A stretch of 64,000 nt of DNA from positions 312-64,311 of the forward strand of contig JAEUPJ010000064.1 in assembly GCA_016790285.1 (NCBI GenBank), read 5' to 3'. Made by a program: the position numbers and the translations under genes. The stretch comes from Roseateles sp. (GTDB taxonomy: Bacteria > Pseudomonadota > Gammaproteobacteria > Burkholderiales > Burkholderiaceae_C). The notes below the pieces were generated by a model. The model saw only the letters and a list, made by a program, of their open reading frames with translations, did no database searches and was not told the DNA's origin. Shown here piece by piece: positions 21,393-30,087 of this stretch (positions are counted from its first letter, which is position 1; every line of letters starts with the position of its first letter).

Positions 21393-21965
21393 TCAGCGCT
21401 GGCGGCGTGCCGCCAGCGCCAGAGCGAGCAGCCCGGGCAGCATCAGCGCCCAGCCAGCCGGCTCCGGCACCACGGCGGCGGTCTCGACACCGCTCAAGTT
21501 CACGCGCCAGAAGCCGCCCTTCTGGTCATTGGCATTGATGTCGTAGCCGGGCTGGTTCCAGTCGGCCAGGCGGATGGGCGCGTCGGCGTCGTAGGTGAAG
21601 CCCTGCGACAGCGCCGTGCCGAGTGCGTCGTTGGAGCTGGCGTTCAGCACCAGGCGGTAGCTGCCCGCGGTGGTGGCGGTGAACTGCAGGCCGGCGTCGA
21701 AGAAGCCGGCGCCGGCGTTGACCAGGCTGCCGCCGTCGTTGTCGCTCAGCACGATGGCGTCACCGCGGGCCACGAACAGCTGCGGGTCGAAGTTCAGGCC
21801 CGACTGCCAGCTGTCGGTCCACAGCGTGATGCTGCTGCCCGCGGCCACCTGGAAGTCGATGACGATCTTGTCGTTGTGGTTGACGGCCTGGCCCGAGAAG
21901 CTCAGGTCGGCGGCGCCGGCATTCAGCGCCGCGAGGGCGGCCAGCAGGGAGAGTGCGTGTTTCAT
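21393..21965 (-). CDS. PEP-CTERM sorting-domain secreted protein
   Basis: Signal peptide, with the C-terminal end VPEPAGWALMLPGLLALALAARRQR. It lies 19 nt downstream of phoD. Confidence 0.8.
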   Translation of the reverse strand: MKHALSLLAALAALNAGAADLSFSGQAVNHNDKIVIDFQVAAGSSITLWTDSWQSGLNFDPQLFVARGDAIVLSDNDGGSLVNAGAGFFDAGLQFTATTAGSYRLVLNASSNDALGTALSQGFTYDADAPIRLADWNQPGYDINANDQKGGFWRVNLSGVETAAVVPEPAGWALMLPGLLALALAARRQR

Positions 21966-21984
21966 GGCGAGCATCCGGGTGGGT

Positions 21985-23655
21985 TCAGGGGGCCAGGGCC
22001 GGCGGGTTGGCGCGGTTGGGCGTCTGGGCCGAGGGGCGCAGGCGGTTCTCACCCGTGCGCACCTCGAAGACGGTGGCGAAGGTCTCGACGTTGCTCGGGC
22101 TTGCGACGGTGTCCACGTACCACCACTCGCCGACGACGCGGTCGCGGTTCACGTCCACCAGCATGTAGCCGCGCCGCGTGAGCTGCACGTACTTGAAGTG
22201 CGGGTTGTAGAACCGGATGGCACCGGCCACCGCGCCGGTGGTGTCGGTGTCGATGCCGGGCGAGCTCACCGAGGTGCCGACGAACTCGACCGCCAGCGAC
22301 CCGGCGCCCGTGGCCTTGTCGTACAGCGCCGGGTTGTAGGGGTTGGGGTGCAGGTCGGCGGCCCAGCTGCTGTGGATGTCGCCGGTGAGCACCACGACGT
22401 TGTTGACCGCGGCCTGTGCAGCATTGCCCTGCAGCGCCGCGTAGAGGCGGTTGCGGGCCGGCTCGTAGCCGTCCCACTGGTCGCTGTTGATGAAGTACAG
22501 GCCCGGGTCGGTCGCCTGGTTGCTGCCCGGGGCCTTGAGCTGGGCGAACATGACGCCCTGGCCGAGCAGCTTCCACTGCGCCGGCGTGCTGCGCAGGCGG
22601 TTGACGAGCCAGGCCTCCTGCGCGTCGCCCAGCAGCGTGCGGGTGGGGTCGCCGTAGCCGGGGTCGGTGGTGGTAAAGCCGGCGCCGAAGGCCGTCGGGT
22701 GCACGGCCGTGGTCAGCTGCTCGGAGCGGGCGTTCACGCGCTCTTCCAGCATCAGCAGCTCGGCCAGGTCGCCGTAGGCGAAGCCGCGGTGGTTGTCGCG
22801 CAGGTTGGCCGTGTCCACGGGGCGCACGGGCATCCACTCGTAGTAAGCCTGCAGCGCGGCGGCCACGCGGGCGGCCCAGGCGCCTTCCGTCGCGGGCTGG
22901 TGGTTCTCGGCGCCGGTCTTGAAGGCGTTGTTGGCGGTCTCGTGGTCGTCCCAGATGGCGATCAGCGGGTGCTGGCGGTGCATGGCCTGGGAGTCGGCGT
23001 CGCGCTTGTACTGGGCGTGGCGCTGGCGGTAGTCGTCCAGCGTCACGATCTCATGGGCCGGCTCGGGCGTGCGCGCGGTGCCGTACTGGCCCGCGCCGTA
23101 CTCGTAGATGTAGTCGCCCAGGTGCATGACCAGGTCGAGGTCGGCGCGCGCGGCGATGCGGGCGTAGGCGTTGAAGTAGCCGTAGGCGTGGTTGGAGCAG
23201 CTGACGACCGCCATGCGCAGGCTGCCCACGCCGGTGGTGGGCAGCGTCTTGGTGCGGCCCACGGGGCTGTCCACGCCCTCGCAGCTGAAGCGGTAGTAGT
23301 AGGTGGTGCCCGGCTTCAGGCCCAGGGCGTCGACCTTGACCGTGTAGTCGCGCCCCGGGTTGGTCTTGGTGCTGACGCGCTGCACGACCTGGCTGAGCGC
23401 CGGGTCGGTGGCGATGACGTACTGCAGCACCAGCGCCGGGCGTGCCGTGGCGGGCGTGATGCGCGTCCACAGGATGACGCGGTCCGACAGCGGGTCGCCG
23501 CTGGCCACGCCATGCTCGAAGCGCACGGGGGCTGCGGCCTCGGCCAGCAGCGGCGCGGTCGCGGCGACGGCGATGGCACCGGCGCCGGAGCGCTTGAAGA
23601 AGTCGCGGCGGCTGCTGCCGTGCCGCGTCGGCTGGACTTTGGAAGGACGACCCAT
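21985..23655 (-). CDS. phoD: alkaline phosphatase D, Tat-exported
   Basis: Twin-arginine signal SRRDFFKRSGAGA. PhoD motifs are FEHGVASGDP, ILWTR, SCSN and GDYIYEY. Confidence 0.9.
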   Translation of the reverse strand: MGRPSKVQPTRHGSSRRDFFKRSGAGAIAVAATAPLLAEAAAPVRFEHGVASGDPLSDRVILWTRITPATARPALVLQYVIATDPALSQVVQRVSTKTNPGRDYTVKVDALGLKPGTTYYYRFSCEGVDSPVGRTKTLPTTGVGSLRMAVVSCSNHAYGYFNAYARIAARADLDLVMHLGDYIYEYGAGQYGTARTPEPAHEIVTLDDYRQRHAQYKRDADSQAMHRQHPLIAIWDDHETANNAFKTGAENHQPATEGAWAARVAAALQAYYEWMPVRPVDTANLRDNHRGFAYGDLAELLMLEERVNARSEQLTTAVHPTAFGAGFTTTDPGYGDPTRTLLGDAQEAWLVNRLRSTPAQWKLLGQGVMFAQLKAPGSNQATDPGLYFINSDQWDGYEPARNRLYAALQGNAAQAAVNNVVVLTGDIHSSWAADLHPNPYNPALYDKATGAGSLAVEFVGTSVSSPGIDTDTTGAVAGAIRFYNPHFKYVQLTRRGYMLVDVNRDRVVGEWWYVDTVASPSNVETFATVFEVRTGENRLRPSAQTPNRANPPALAP

Positions 23656-23743
23656 GCAAGACCTCGTGCGCAGTGCCGCAGCGGGCGCTGCGGATCGGCG
23701 CGAAGCATGGGCCGGGTCTGTGAAGCGGCCGTGACGGCGCGGT

Positions 23744-24583
23744 TCAGCGCCGCGTGCGCCGGCGCGCCAGCAGCGCGAGCCAGCCCAGGCCGCCGAGGAT
23801 CATGGCCCAGCTGCCCGGCTCGGGCACGGCCACCGCGCTCGTCACGAAGTGGCCGTCCGTGGCCGCCCCGTTGGCTGCGGTGAAGCCGTAGAACACCGGC
23901 ACGCCGACCAGCCCCAGGTCGGCAAAGCTCACCTGCGCACTGACGGCGAAGCTGCCGAGGTTGAGGTGGTCGATGGTGCCGGTGAGCAGGCCCGCGTTGT
24001 CGTCCTGCCCGGAAGGCGTGTAGTGCAGTGCAGCGGTCCACTGGAAGTCGGGGTCGCGGATGGCGTCGCCCAGGCCCGTCTCGGTGAAGGCCAGCGGCGT
24101 GACCGAGCCACCGCTCAGGATCTGCAGGCTGGGCGACACCGGCTCGCCGTCGAAATGGAAGGTGTCGATGGCGAAGGCAACGCTCGCGGAGCTCATGCCC
24201 TCGTAGCCCAGGCCCGAGCCTGCGCCACCCAGGCCGGCGGCGCTGGTGAGCGTGAAGGTCAGCCCGTCGCCGCGCAGGTCCTGGCTGACGGGGATGAAGA
24301 AGTGGAAGTCGAAGCTGAAGGCCTGGTTGAAGTCCAGTGCCAGCGCGGTGGGCGCAAAGCCCGCGCCGCCCTGGCCACCCGTGCCGGACTGCGTGAGGAT
24401 GAGGTTGCTGTAGGTGAAGCCGTTGCCCGGCGTGTCGTTCTGGGCCGTGGCGCTGCCGTAGAGCGTCCAGCTGGTGAAGTCGGTGTAGCCACTGGCCAGG
24501 CTCACGCCCTGGTCGGCGTGGGCTGGCGCGGCGGCAAGGCCTGCAGACAGGGCGAGGGTGGTGAGCAGTCGGGCGAGATGCAT
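23744..24583 (-). CDS. PEP-CTERM protein with a legume-lectin-like (concanavalin A-like) domain
   Basis: Signal peptide. The lectin-like motifs are GDGLTFTL, GSGLGYEG and SVAFAIDTF. The C-terminal end is VPEPGSWAMILGGLGWLALLARRRTRR. Confidence 0.8.
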   Translation of the reverse strand: MHLARLLTTLALSAGLAAAPAHADQGVSLASGYTDFTSWTLYGSATAQNDTPGNGFTYSNLILTQSGTGGQGGAGFAPTALALDFNQAFSFDFHFFIPVSQDLRGDGLTFTLTSAAGLGGAGSGLGYEGMSSASVAFAIDTFHFDGEPVSPSLQILSGGSVTPLAFTETGLGDAIRDPDFQWTAALHYTPSGQDDNAGLLTGTIDHLNLGSFAVSAQVSFADLGLVGVPVFYGFTAANGAATDGHFVTSAVAVPEPGSWAMILGGLGWLALLARRRTRR

Positions 24584-24623
24584 GGCGGGTCTCCGGTCAG
24601 GGGTGGCGCCAGTCTCTGGACTG

Positions 24624-24653
24624 ACCGTTAGGCAACCGTTAGCCGGAACGTTC
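24624..24653. promoter_or_regulatory. direct repeat plus palindrome in the divergent promoter region
   Basis: ACCGTTAG occurs twice (24624-24631 and 24635-24642, an 11-nt period). The palindrome GAACGTTC follows at 24646-24653. Confidence 0.25.
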
Positions 24654-24708
24654 AAAACACCCTTCGAAGACCCCTCAAGCGCGGGGGGCGTGCCTATCAT
24701 TCGCCCCC

Positions 24709-27351
24709 ATGGCTCTCGCACACACCAAGACCCGTGCGCCTCGCCCGCGCGCGGGGCTGCTGCTGCCGCGCCCGGCGTTGCTGGCGCACGTGCGCCAGGC
24801 GCTGGACACCCACCGCGCCCTGCTCATCTGCGCGCCGGCCGGCTATGGCAAGACGGCGCTGCTGACGCAGGCGCTGGCCGAGGTCGGCGACGACAGTGCC
24901 GTGGCCTGGGTGGCCCTGGACGAAGGCGACGACCTCGGGCGGCTGCTGGACTGCCTGTTCGCCGCGTTCGAGCCCTACGACCCGCCCTGGCGCACGGCGC
25001 CCGAGGGCCTGCGCGACGCGGCGCTGCGCGGGGGCACGGAGCTCGTCACCGTGGCCGACGCCATGCTCAACGCGCTGGAGGCCTGCGAGGTCGAGCGCGG
25101 GCTGATCGTGCTGGACGACGCCCACCACCTCGTGGACCCCGCGTCCCTGCAGTTCCTGGACCGCTGGCTCGCCCGCATGGGCGAGCGCTGGCGCCTGGTG
25201 CTGTCGGCCCGGCATGAGCCGCCGCTGCGCGTGGCGCGCCTGCGCGCCACGGGCGACCTGGCCGACCTGGGGCCCGAGCAGCTGGCGCTGGACCAGGCGG
25301 AGGTCACGCAGCTCGCGCAGGCCGCGGGCCTGGACGAGGGCGCCGGCGCCGAGCTCTTCCAGCGCAGCCAGGGCTGGGCCGCCGGGCTGCGCCTGGCGCT
25401 CGGGCTGTCGCAGCGCGCCGGCCTGCCGGCGGCCATCGACCGCGCCACCTTCGACTACCTGGCCGCCGAGGTGCTGGACCGGCTGGACGCCGAGCTGCGC
25501 GGCTTCCTGCTGCGCACGAGCGTGCTGCACGAGCTGGACGTTGCGCGCTGCCAGGCGCTCGGCGAAGGCGCCATGGTGGCCAGCTTCCTGGCGGAGATCG
25601 AGCGGCTGTCGCTCTTCGTCACGGTGGTGGACCTGGCGCCGCACACGCTGCGGCTGCACCAGCTCTTTCGGGACATGCTGCAGCAGCGCCTGCGCCTGGA
25701 GCAGCCCGACACGCATCGCCTGCTGCTCGAGCGCGCCGCAGAGCTGGAGACCGACGCACAGCGCCGCCACGGCCTGCTGATGGCCGCCGGCCGCCCCGAC
25801 CGCGCGGCCGAGCTGCTGCTGGCCGATGCCGGCATGCTCATCAACCAGATCGGCGCGCAGGGCCTGCTGGACCTGGCGGGGCGCTTCGACGCGGGCTTCG
25901 CCGAGGTCAGCCCCGAGCTGCACCGCGTGAAGGCGGTGGCGCTGTGGACGATGTGGGAGGCCGAGCGCGCCGAGTACCACCTGGGCCGCGCGGAGGTGCT
26001 GTTCCAGGCGCGCGGCGACGGGGCCGCGCTGCGCGTGGCGCGCGCCCACCTCGCCATCCTGCTGATTGCCCAGGGGCGGCTCACCCAGGCCGCGGCCCTC
26101 CTGCAGGCCCTGGACCCCTTCGATGGTGAAAGCCGCCTGAGCGGCGAGGCGCGGCGCATCGTGCTGCTGGGGCGGTGCTGGCATGCGCTGGAGAGCTGCC
26201 ACTTCGACGCGGTGGCGCCGCTGTTCGAGGCGCAGTTGGCCGAGCTGCTCAAGCACCCCACCGTGGAGGCCTGGTACACCGGCGTGCCGCCGCCGCGCCA
26301 GATCAGCTGCCGCGGCATGGCGGCACCGATGGAGCGCTGGTTCCGCGGTGCGATGCAGGTGGTGGGCGACCGGCCGCTGCCGCTGGGTGTCATGGGCTAC
26401 ATGGCGCGGGCCTGGAGCCTGTTCTGGCAGGGCGAGTTCGCCGAGTGCGAGCAGCACCTGGCCCGTGCAGAAGCCGACGCCGCCTGGTTCGGCCGCCTCG
26501 TCATCGCCCGCAACCACGGGCAGGCCCTGCATGCGATGCTGGACCTGGTGCATGGCCGGCACGAGTCGGCCGTGGCGCTGATGCGGCTGCGCCTGGCCGA
26601 GCACGTGCCGGGCTACGGGCGCTGGGGGCTGTGGCACGGCATCTTCTTCTGCTCGCGCATGGCTGCGGCCTGTGGCGATGCGGCCTTGCTGGACGAAGGC
26701 CTGGCGCGCCTGGTGCGCGAAGGCGCCGAGCTGCCCGACCTCGTCTCGGCGCACCGTCGTGACCCGCTGGCCGGCCTGCGCGCCCGCCAGGCCGAGCTCG
26801 CCGGCCGGCGGGGTGAGGCCATCGCGCTGTGGCGCGGCCTGCTGGCCGAAGGCGAGTCCTCGGACCTGCTGGCCCAGCGCGCGGAAGCCCGGCTGCGCCT
26901 GGCCGCCGCGCTGCTGGAGGGCGGGGACCGCCGCGAAGCCGCCGAGGCCCTGGCGCCCGCGCTCGCCGAGCACGACCCCGGCGGGCTGCTGTGGGCCGTG
27001 CCGCTGATGCAGCGCATGGCCGCGCATGACTGGGGAGAGCTGATCGAGCCGGCCAGCCTGGCGCGGCTGCGCCAGTGGGTGGAGACGCTGGCGCCCGGCG
27101 GCGTGATGCCGCCACCAGCCATGGCCAGCGCCGCGGACGACCGGCTCTCGCAGCGCGAGGCGGAGGTCGTCGCGCAGATCGCAGCGGGCGCCAGCAACAA
27201 GCACATCGCCCGCGCGCTGGACCTGAGCCCGCACACCGTCAAGCGGCATGTGGCCAACATCCTGGACAAGCTGGGCCTGAACTCACGCGGCGAGGCCGCC
27301 GCGTGGTGGCACGACCGTCAGGCTTCCACGAGGCCCGGCACGCTGGGCTGA
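24709..27351 (+). CDS. MalT-like large LuxR-family transcriptional regulator (NTPase + helical repeats + LuxR HTH)
   Basis: Walker A motif APAGYGKTAL, a long helical TPR-like middle region, and a C-terminal LSQREAEVVAQIAAGASNKHIARALDLSPHTVKRHVANILDKLG. Confidence 0.85.
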   Translation: MALAHTKTRAPRPRAGLLLPRPALLAHVRQALDTHRALLICAPAGYGKTALLTQALAEVGDDSAVAWVALDEGDDLGRLLDCLFAAFEPYDPPWRTAPEGLRDAALRGGTELVTVADAMLNALEACEVERGLIVLDDAHHLVDPASLQFLDRWLARMGERWRLVLSARHEPPLRVARLRATGDLADLGPEQLALDQAEVTQLAQAAGLDEGAGAELFQRSQGWAAGLRLALGLSQRAGLPAAIDRATFDYLAAEVLDRLDAELRGFLLRTSVLHELDVARCQALGEGAMVASFLAEIERLSLFVTVVDLAPHTLRLHQLFRDMLQQRLRLEQPDTHRLLLERAAELETDAQRRHGLLMAAGRPDRAAELLLADAGMLINQIGAQGLLDLAGRFDAGFAEVSPELHRVKAVALWTMWEAERAEYHLGRAEVLFQARGDGAALRVARAHLAILLIAQGRLTQAAALLQALDPFDGESRLSGEARRIVLLGRCWHALESCHFDAVAPLFEAQLAELLKHPTVEAWYTGVPPPRQISCRGMAAPMERWFRGAMQVVGDRPLPLGVMGYMARAWSLFWQGEFAECEQHLARAEADAAWFGRLVIARNHGQALHAMLDLVHGRHESAVALMRLRLAEHVPGYGRWGLWHGIFFCSRMAAACGDAALLDEGLARLVREGAELPDLVSAHRRDPLAGLRARQAELAGRRGEAIALWRGLLAEGESSDLLAQRAEARLRLAAALLEGGDRREAAEALAPALAEHDPGGLLWAVPLMQRMAAHDWGELIEPASLARLRQWVETLAPGGVMPPPAMASAADDRLSQREAEVVAQIAAGASNKHIARALDLSPHTVKRHVANILDKLGLNSRGEAAAWWHDRQASTRPGTLG

Positions 27352-28001
27352 CCCATCGCGCGGCTGAGCTTGTTCCAGGCCGCGTCGTTGAGCAGGGCGC
27401 GCGCCGAGTCCATCACCGGGCCCTTCACTTCGGGCGGCAGGCCGCCGATCAGCTCGGCGCGCTCGGCCGGCGTCAGCGCCGGGATCATCCAGCGCAGCAC
27501 CTCGCTCATCTCGCGCGGGCCGATGCTGGCGAGGATGCGGCCGTGCAGCGCGTGCAGCTCGTCGTCGGTGTAGGCCGCCCACAGCGCCTGGTTGTGGCGG
27601 CTCTCCTCCACGGCCATGTGCTCGAAGTTGTGGGCCACGAAGCCCGCGAAGCGCCGGTACAGGCGCTGGGCGGCGGCAGGTGAGGGCATGGCGCGCAGCG
27701 CGGCGGCTTCGGCGCGCAGCGTGGCGATGCTGTCCAGGTGCTCCTCGTGCTCGGCCTCGATGGCGGCACTGGCGCCGGCGCGGCGGGCCTCGATGGCCGG
27801 GTGCAGGAAGGTGTTCTCCTTCTCGACGTGGTGGCGCGCCGCGTCCAGCAGGGCGTCGAGCTGGCCGAGGCTGGCGCCGAGGTCCAGCGGGTCGTCGATG
27901 TCCATGCGGCCGAGCTGCTGCAGGGTCTCGCACATGGCCAGGCGCAGGGCCTTGTGGATGTGGGCGTACAGGTCGTGGCGGTGGGTGGTGGCGGTGGTCA
28001 T
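27318..28001 (-). CDS. hemerythrin-like domain protein
   Basis: His/Glu-rich helices: HDLYAHIHKAL, HHVEKENTFLHP, EHEEHLD and HNFEHMAVEE. The 3-prime end overlaps the convergent LuxR gene by 34 nt. Confidence 0.7.
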   Translation of the reverse strand: MTTATTHRHDLYAHIHKALRLAMCETLQQLGRMDIDDPLDLGASLGQLDALLDAARHHVEKENTFLHPAIEARRAGASAAIEAEHEEHLDSIATLRAEAAALRAMPSPAAAQRLYRRFAGFVAHNFEHMAVEESRHNQALWAAYTDDELHALHGRILASIGPREMSEVLRWMIPALTPAERAELIGGLPPEVKGPVMDSARALLNDAAWNKLSRAMGQPSVPGLVEA

Positions 28002-28209
28002 TGGGAACTCCTTGAGGCCGGCGTGATCGGGTGAAGTGAAGTGGGGCCGGATGCCCGGCAGTGTTCCGGCGCGGCGCCGCGCTGCCATCGCTCCGACGGG
28101 CCAGCGCCGGTGGGCCACGGGGGTGACGAGCGTCATGGCTCTTCGGCGCAGGGGCCCTGGCCCGTCCGGGCGATGCCCGCGCGGGGCCCGCTCGGCACAG
28201 TGCCGTCCC

Positions 28210-29055
28210 ATGCTTCGCCTTGCCTTCGCTGTCGCCATGACCCCGCTGCTGCTCGCCGCCGCCCCGGCGCGCGCCGAGCTGCCCGAGCGCCTGGCCGACA
28301 CCGGCTTCGGCGGCCCGGCGTTGCGGGCGTTCGAGCCGCGGTTCGCGCTGTGGTCCGACGGCGCGGCCAAGCAGCGCTGGATCGCGCTGCCGCCGGGCAC
28401 GCAGGTCGACGCCAGCCAGCCCGACGCCTGGCGCTTCCCCGTGGGCACGCGGCTGTGGAAGACCTTCAGCGTCGACGGCCAGCCGGTGGAGACGCGCCAC
28501 CTCGTGGTCGGCCCCGGCGGGCAGCTCGACGCCGCGACCTACGTCTGGCAGGGCGGCGAGGCCCGCCGCGCGCCGGCCCGGGGCGTGGTGCTGACGCTGC
28601 CGGGCGGCCGCCGCTACGAGCTGCCTTCGACCGGCGACTGCATGGCCTGCCATGCCGGTGCGCGCAGCCCCGTGCTGGGCTTTGCCGCGCTGCAACTGGG
28701 GCCCGCCGTGCCGGCGCTGGTGCGCAGCGGCGTGATCGCCAACGCGCCGCCGGCCTGGCGCGAGCAGGCGCCGGACTTCATCGCCAGCAGCCCCACCGAA
28801 CACGCCGCGCGCGGCTACCTGCACGGCAACTGCGGCCACTGCCACTTCAGCGGCGGCGTACCGGTGCCCCTGCGCCTGGCACTGGACGTCGGCCAGCCCG
28901 CAGCCGCCGTGGACGGTGCCGCCGTGCTCAAGCGCGCCGGCACGCGCAACCCCTACCAGCAGATGCCGCCCCTGGGCACCCGCGAGATCGATGCTCAGGG
29001 CCTGGCTGTGTTGGCCCGTCACTTCCAACCGTTGAACCCGGAGATCCGCCCATGA
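28210..29055 (+). CDS. periplasmic protein with two CxxCH heme-c motifs
   Basis: Signal peptide (MLRLAFAVAMTPLLLAAAPARA), the motif LWSDGAAKQRWIALPPG, and the heme motifs CMACH and CGHCH. Confidence 0.6.
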   Translation: MLRLAFAVAMTPLLLAAAPARAELPERLADTGFGGPALRAFEPRFALWSDGAAKQRWIALPPGTQVDASQPDAWRFPVGTRLWKTFSVDGQPVETRHLVVGPGGQLDAATYVWQGGEARRAPARGVVLTLPGGRRYELPSTGDCMACHAGARSPVLGFAALQLGPAVPALVRSGVIANAPPAWREQAPDFIASSPTEHAARGYLHGNCGHCHFSGGVPVPLRLALDVGQPAAAVDGAAVLKRAGTRNPYQQMPPLGTREIDAQGLAVLARHFQPLNPEIRP

Positions 29056-29579
29056 AAGCTCTCATCCCCCTGCTCATCCTGCTGGCCGGCTCGGCCCAGG
29101 CCGCCGACCGCATCGAGCGCGGCCGCTACCTCGTCAACACCAGCGGCTGCGCCGACTGCCACACGCCGATGAAGATGGGCGCCAACGGCCCCGAGCCCGA
29201 CGCGGCGCGCCACCTCTCGGGCCATCCCCAGGGCTTCAGCATCACGGCGCCGGTGGCACCGCCTGCCGGGCCCTGGCTGGTCGTCATCGCCAACAGCGGC
29301 ACCGCCTACTCCGGCCCGTGGGGCCTGAGCTTCTCCGCCAACCTGACCCCCGACCCCGAGACGGGCCTGGGGCGCTGGAGCGAGGCCGACTTCGTGCAGA
29401 CCATCCGCACGGGCCGGCACCTCGGCCGCGGTCGCCAGGTGCTGCCGCCCATGCCCATCCCCGTGTACAGCCAGATGACGGACGACGACCTCAAGGCCGT
29501 CTTCGCCTACCTGCAGACCCTGCCGCCGGTGCGCAACAAGGTGCCGGACCCGCTCCCGCCCGCCGCGCCCGCGCGCTGA
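29052..29579 (+). CDS. c-type cytochrome
   Basis: Signal peptide, GRYLVNTSGCADCH, and a distal MP axial-ligand region (VLPPMPIPVY). An ATGA overlap with the upstream gene is present. Confidence 0.8.
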   Translation: MKALIPLLILLAGSAQAADRIERGRYLVNTSGCADCHTPMKMGANGPEPDAARHLSGHPQGFSITAPVAPPAGPWLVVIANSGTAYSGPWGLSFSANLTPDPETGLGRWSEADFVQTIRTGRHLGRGRQVLPPMPIPVYSQMTDDDLKAVFAYLQTLPPVRNKVPDPLPPAAPAR

Positions 29580-29617
29580 GGGCTGACGCAACGCCAACCT
29601 TCCTTCTGGAGATCCCC

Positions 29618-30046
29618 ATGACCCTCATCACTCCCGCCCGCCTGGGCCTGATGTCCGCCCTGTGCCTCGTCGCTGCCGCCGTGATCGCCTTCAGCGAAGA
29701 AGCGCAGGCCGCCACCTCCGCGTGCGAAGACACGCCCGCGCTGCAAAAGCGCCTTAACGACTTCGACGCCCGCTGGAATGCGAGCGACGCCTGGGGCCTC
29801 ACGGCGCAGTTCGCGCCCGACGGCAGCCTGGGCGCCGAGAGCGCGGCAGGCCGCCAGGCGGTCTACCGCGAGCTGGTGGAGCGCCTGGGCCGCTCGCAAG
29901 CGCCGCGCCAGACCCGCGTCGTGCGCGCCACGCCCGTGGGCGCGGCATGCCTGGTGGACGTGCAGGTGCGCAGCGGCGAACGCAGCGAGGCCGGCCTCTT
30001 CCTGCTGGCGGCCTCGCGCGAGGGCGGCATCGTCGCGATGCGCTGA
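29618..30046 (+). CDS. secreted NTF2/SnoaL-like (DUF4440-like) protein
   Basis: Signal peptide. LNDFDARWNASDAWGLTAQFAPDGSL is typical of the SnoaL/SgcJ-like fold. The assignment is tentative. Confidence 0.45.
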   Translation: MTLITPARLGLMSALCLVAAAVIAFSEEAQAATSACEDTPALQKRLNDFDARWNASDAWGLTAQFAPDGSLGAESAAGRQAVYRELVERLGRSQAPRQTRVVRATPVGAACLVDVQVRSGERSEAGLFLLAASREGGIVAMR

Positions 30047-30087
30047 GATGGTGGCGGTGGTGGCGGCGGCTGGCCGCCCGCTGCCCG

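Noticed and set aside
21670-23883. 737-aa plus-strand ORF across phoD and its flanking PEP-CTERM genes
   Set aside because: It spans three well-supported minus-strand genes and their intergenic gaps, so it is a GC shadow.
24697-27249. 850-aa minus-strand ORF antisense to the MalT-like regulator
   Set aside because: The plus-strand frame carries a Walker A motif and a LuxR HTH. The antisense frame has no motifs and a Gly/Ala/Arg/Gln-rich composition.
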